Assembly (NCBI GenBank): GCA_025927765.1
Contig: JAICKU010000009.1
Location: 2,365-66,364 of the forward strand
Direction of reading: 5' to 3'
Source: Burkholderiales bacterium
Lineage (GTDB): Bacteria > Pseudomonadota > Gammaproteobacteria > Burkholderiales > Casimicrobiaceae
DNA length: 64,000 bases
Below, in pieces: positions 63,389-64,000 of this stretch (positions within the stretch are counted from its first letter, which is position 1; the number at the start of each line of letters is the position of its first letter). Position numbers and translations under genes: made by a program. A model generated the notes under the pieces. The model saw nothing but the letters and a program-made list of their open reading frames with translations, was not told where the DNA came from and made no database searches.

Positions 63389-64000
63389 ATGCTCGAAGCG
63401 CTGCGGCCCGACCCCACGTTCTATCCGTCGCCAAGCCTCGCCATGGAAGGCGACGCGGAGCATTTCACGTACACCGTGCTGTTGTCACCCGATGGCTCGC
63501 GACCCGATGCGCTCGCCGTCGTCGATGTCGATCGGAATTCGCAGAGCTTCGGCAAGGTCGTGCATCGACTCGACATGCCGAACGTCGGCGACGAGTTCCA
63601 CCATTTCGGCTGGAACGCGTGCTCGTCGTCGCTTTCGCCGATGTCGGGCCATGCATTCCTGAAACGCCGCTACCTGATCATCCCCGGCATTCGCTCGTCG
63701 CGCATCTATATCGTCGACACGCAGCTGGACCCACGGCGCCCCACGATCGCGCGCATCATCGAGCCGGAGGAGGTCCTCCACAAGACCGGCTATTCGCGGC
63801 CGCACACCGTGCACTGCGGACCGGAGGGGATCTACGTCAGCACGCTCGGCGGCGCGGGACCCGACGGCACGGACGGCACGCCCGGCGTGTTCATCATGGA
63901 CTGCGAGACATTCGAGATCCTCGGCAAATGGGAGATCGACCGCGGTTCTCAGAAGCTGCACTACGATTTCTGGTGGAACCTGCCGCGCGATTACATGGTG
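63389..64000 (+). CDS. Selenium-binding protein 56 family (SBP56; methanethiol oxidase-like), 5' partial at window edge
   Basis: ATG 63389 with GGAGCGAGGAG upstream; open to the window end (204 codons). Collinear with SELENBP1-type proteins: DPTFYPSP, LAVVDVD, VHRLDMPNVGDEFHHFGWNACSS, RRYLIIPGIRSSRIYIVD, HTVHCGPEGIYVSTLG, YDFWWN. Confidence 0.88.
   Translation, partial: MLEALRPDPTFYPSPSLAMEGDAEHFTYTVLLSPDGSRPDALAVVDVDRNSQSFGKVVHRLDMPNVGDEFHHFGWNACSSSLSPMSGHAFLKRRYLIIPGIRSSRIYIVDTQLDPRRPTIARIIEPEEVLHKTGYSRPHTVHCGPEGIYVSTLGGAGPDGTDGTPGVFIMDCETFEILGKWEIDRGSQKLHYDFWWNLPRDYMV

Noticed and set aside
1-64000. Scanned by eye for CRISPR arrays, tRNA/rRNA genes and intact IS/transposase genes.
   Set aside because: I found no regularly spaced repeat-spacer arrays, no cloverleaf-like or rRNA-like conserved segments, and no transposase-like ORFs. 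An unaided scan cannot exclude small ncRNAs.

Overview
This is a 64 kb, very GC-rich (about 65-68% by spot counts) bacterial window. The protein repertoire looks betaproteobacterial, Burkholderia-like, but that placement is inference only. All family calls come from reading motifs by eye; no searches were run. The ORF track uses ATG, GTG and TTG starts and reports the longest ORF, so many starts were moved downstream by codon arithmetic. Long Arg/Ala-rich antisense ORFs were discarded as high-GC artefacts.

Contents, in order:
- a decayed integrase remnant, an MscS-type channel and glgC-glgA
- a tightly coupled 10-gene same-strand cluster (5805-15021): NitT/TauT-type ABC transporter, MaoC, crotonase, FAH, YdiF-like CoA-transferase, shikimate-DH-like protein and IclR regulator
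- a DUF202 pair
- a KPR-like oxidoreductase divergent from an XRE/ScfR-type regulator, with a triple direct-repeat operator candidate between them
- cytochrome P450 translationally coupled to a cyclase-AAA-TPR protein, followed by a zinc-ribbon membrane protein
- ppc and a GntR regulator with a GH3 glycosidase
- a mini-KdpD/KdpE pair divergent from kup
- an orphan P-loop (NACHT-like) NTPase with a C-terminal class III cyclase domain (35898-37949), my top candidate for an undescribed signalling or defence module
- two paralogous HisKA_3 kinases, plus a distant NarL-type regulator that brackets an rnk / cupredoxin / BON / NirK-like-cytochrome c fusion / PRC-barrel / cytochrome c-prime cluster
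- assorted metabolic genes
- an otnK-otnC pair
- a SEC-C/TPR/degenerate-GT2/sulfotransferase protein divergent from cysC
- a partial SBP56 (selenium-binding / methanethiol-oxidase family) gene at the right edge

I recognised no rRNA, tRNA, CRISPR array or intact IS element. Several gene remnants (integrase, Cache, multiheme cytochrome, VOC, kinase fragment) suggest an accessory, decaying region.
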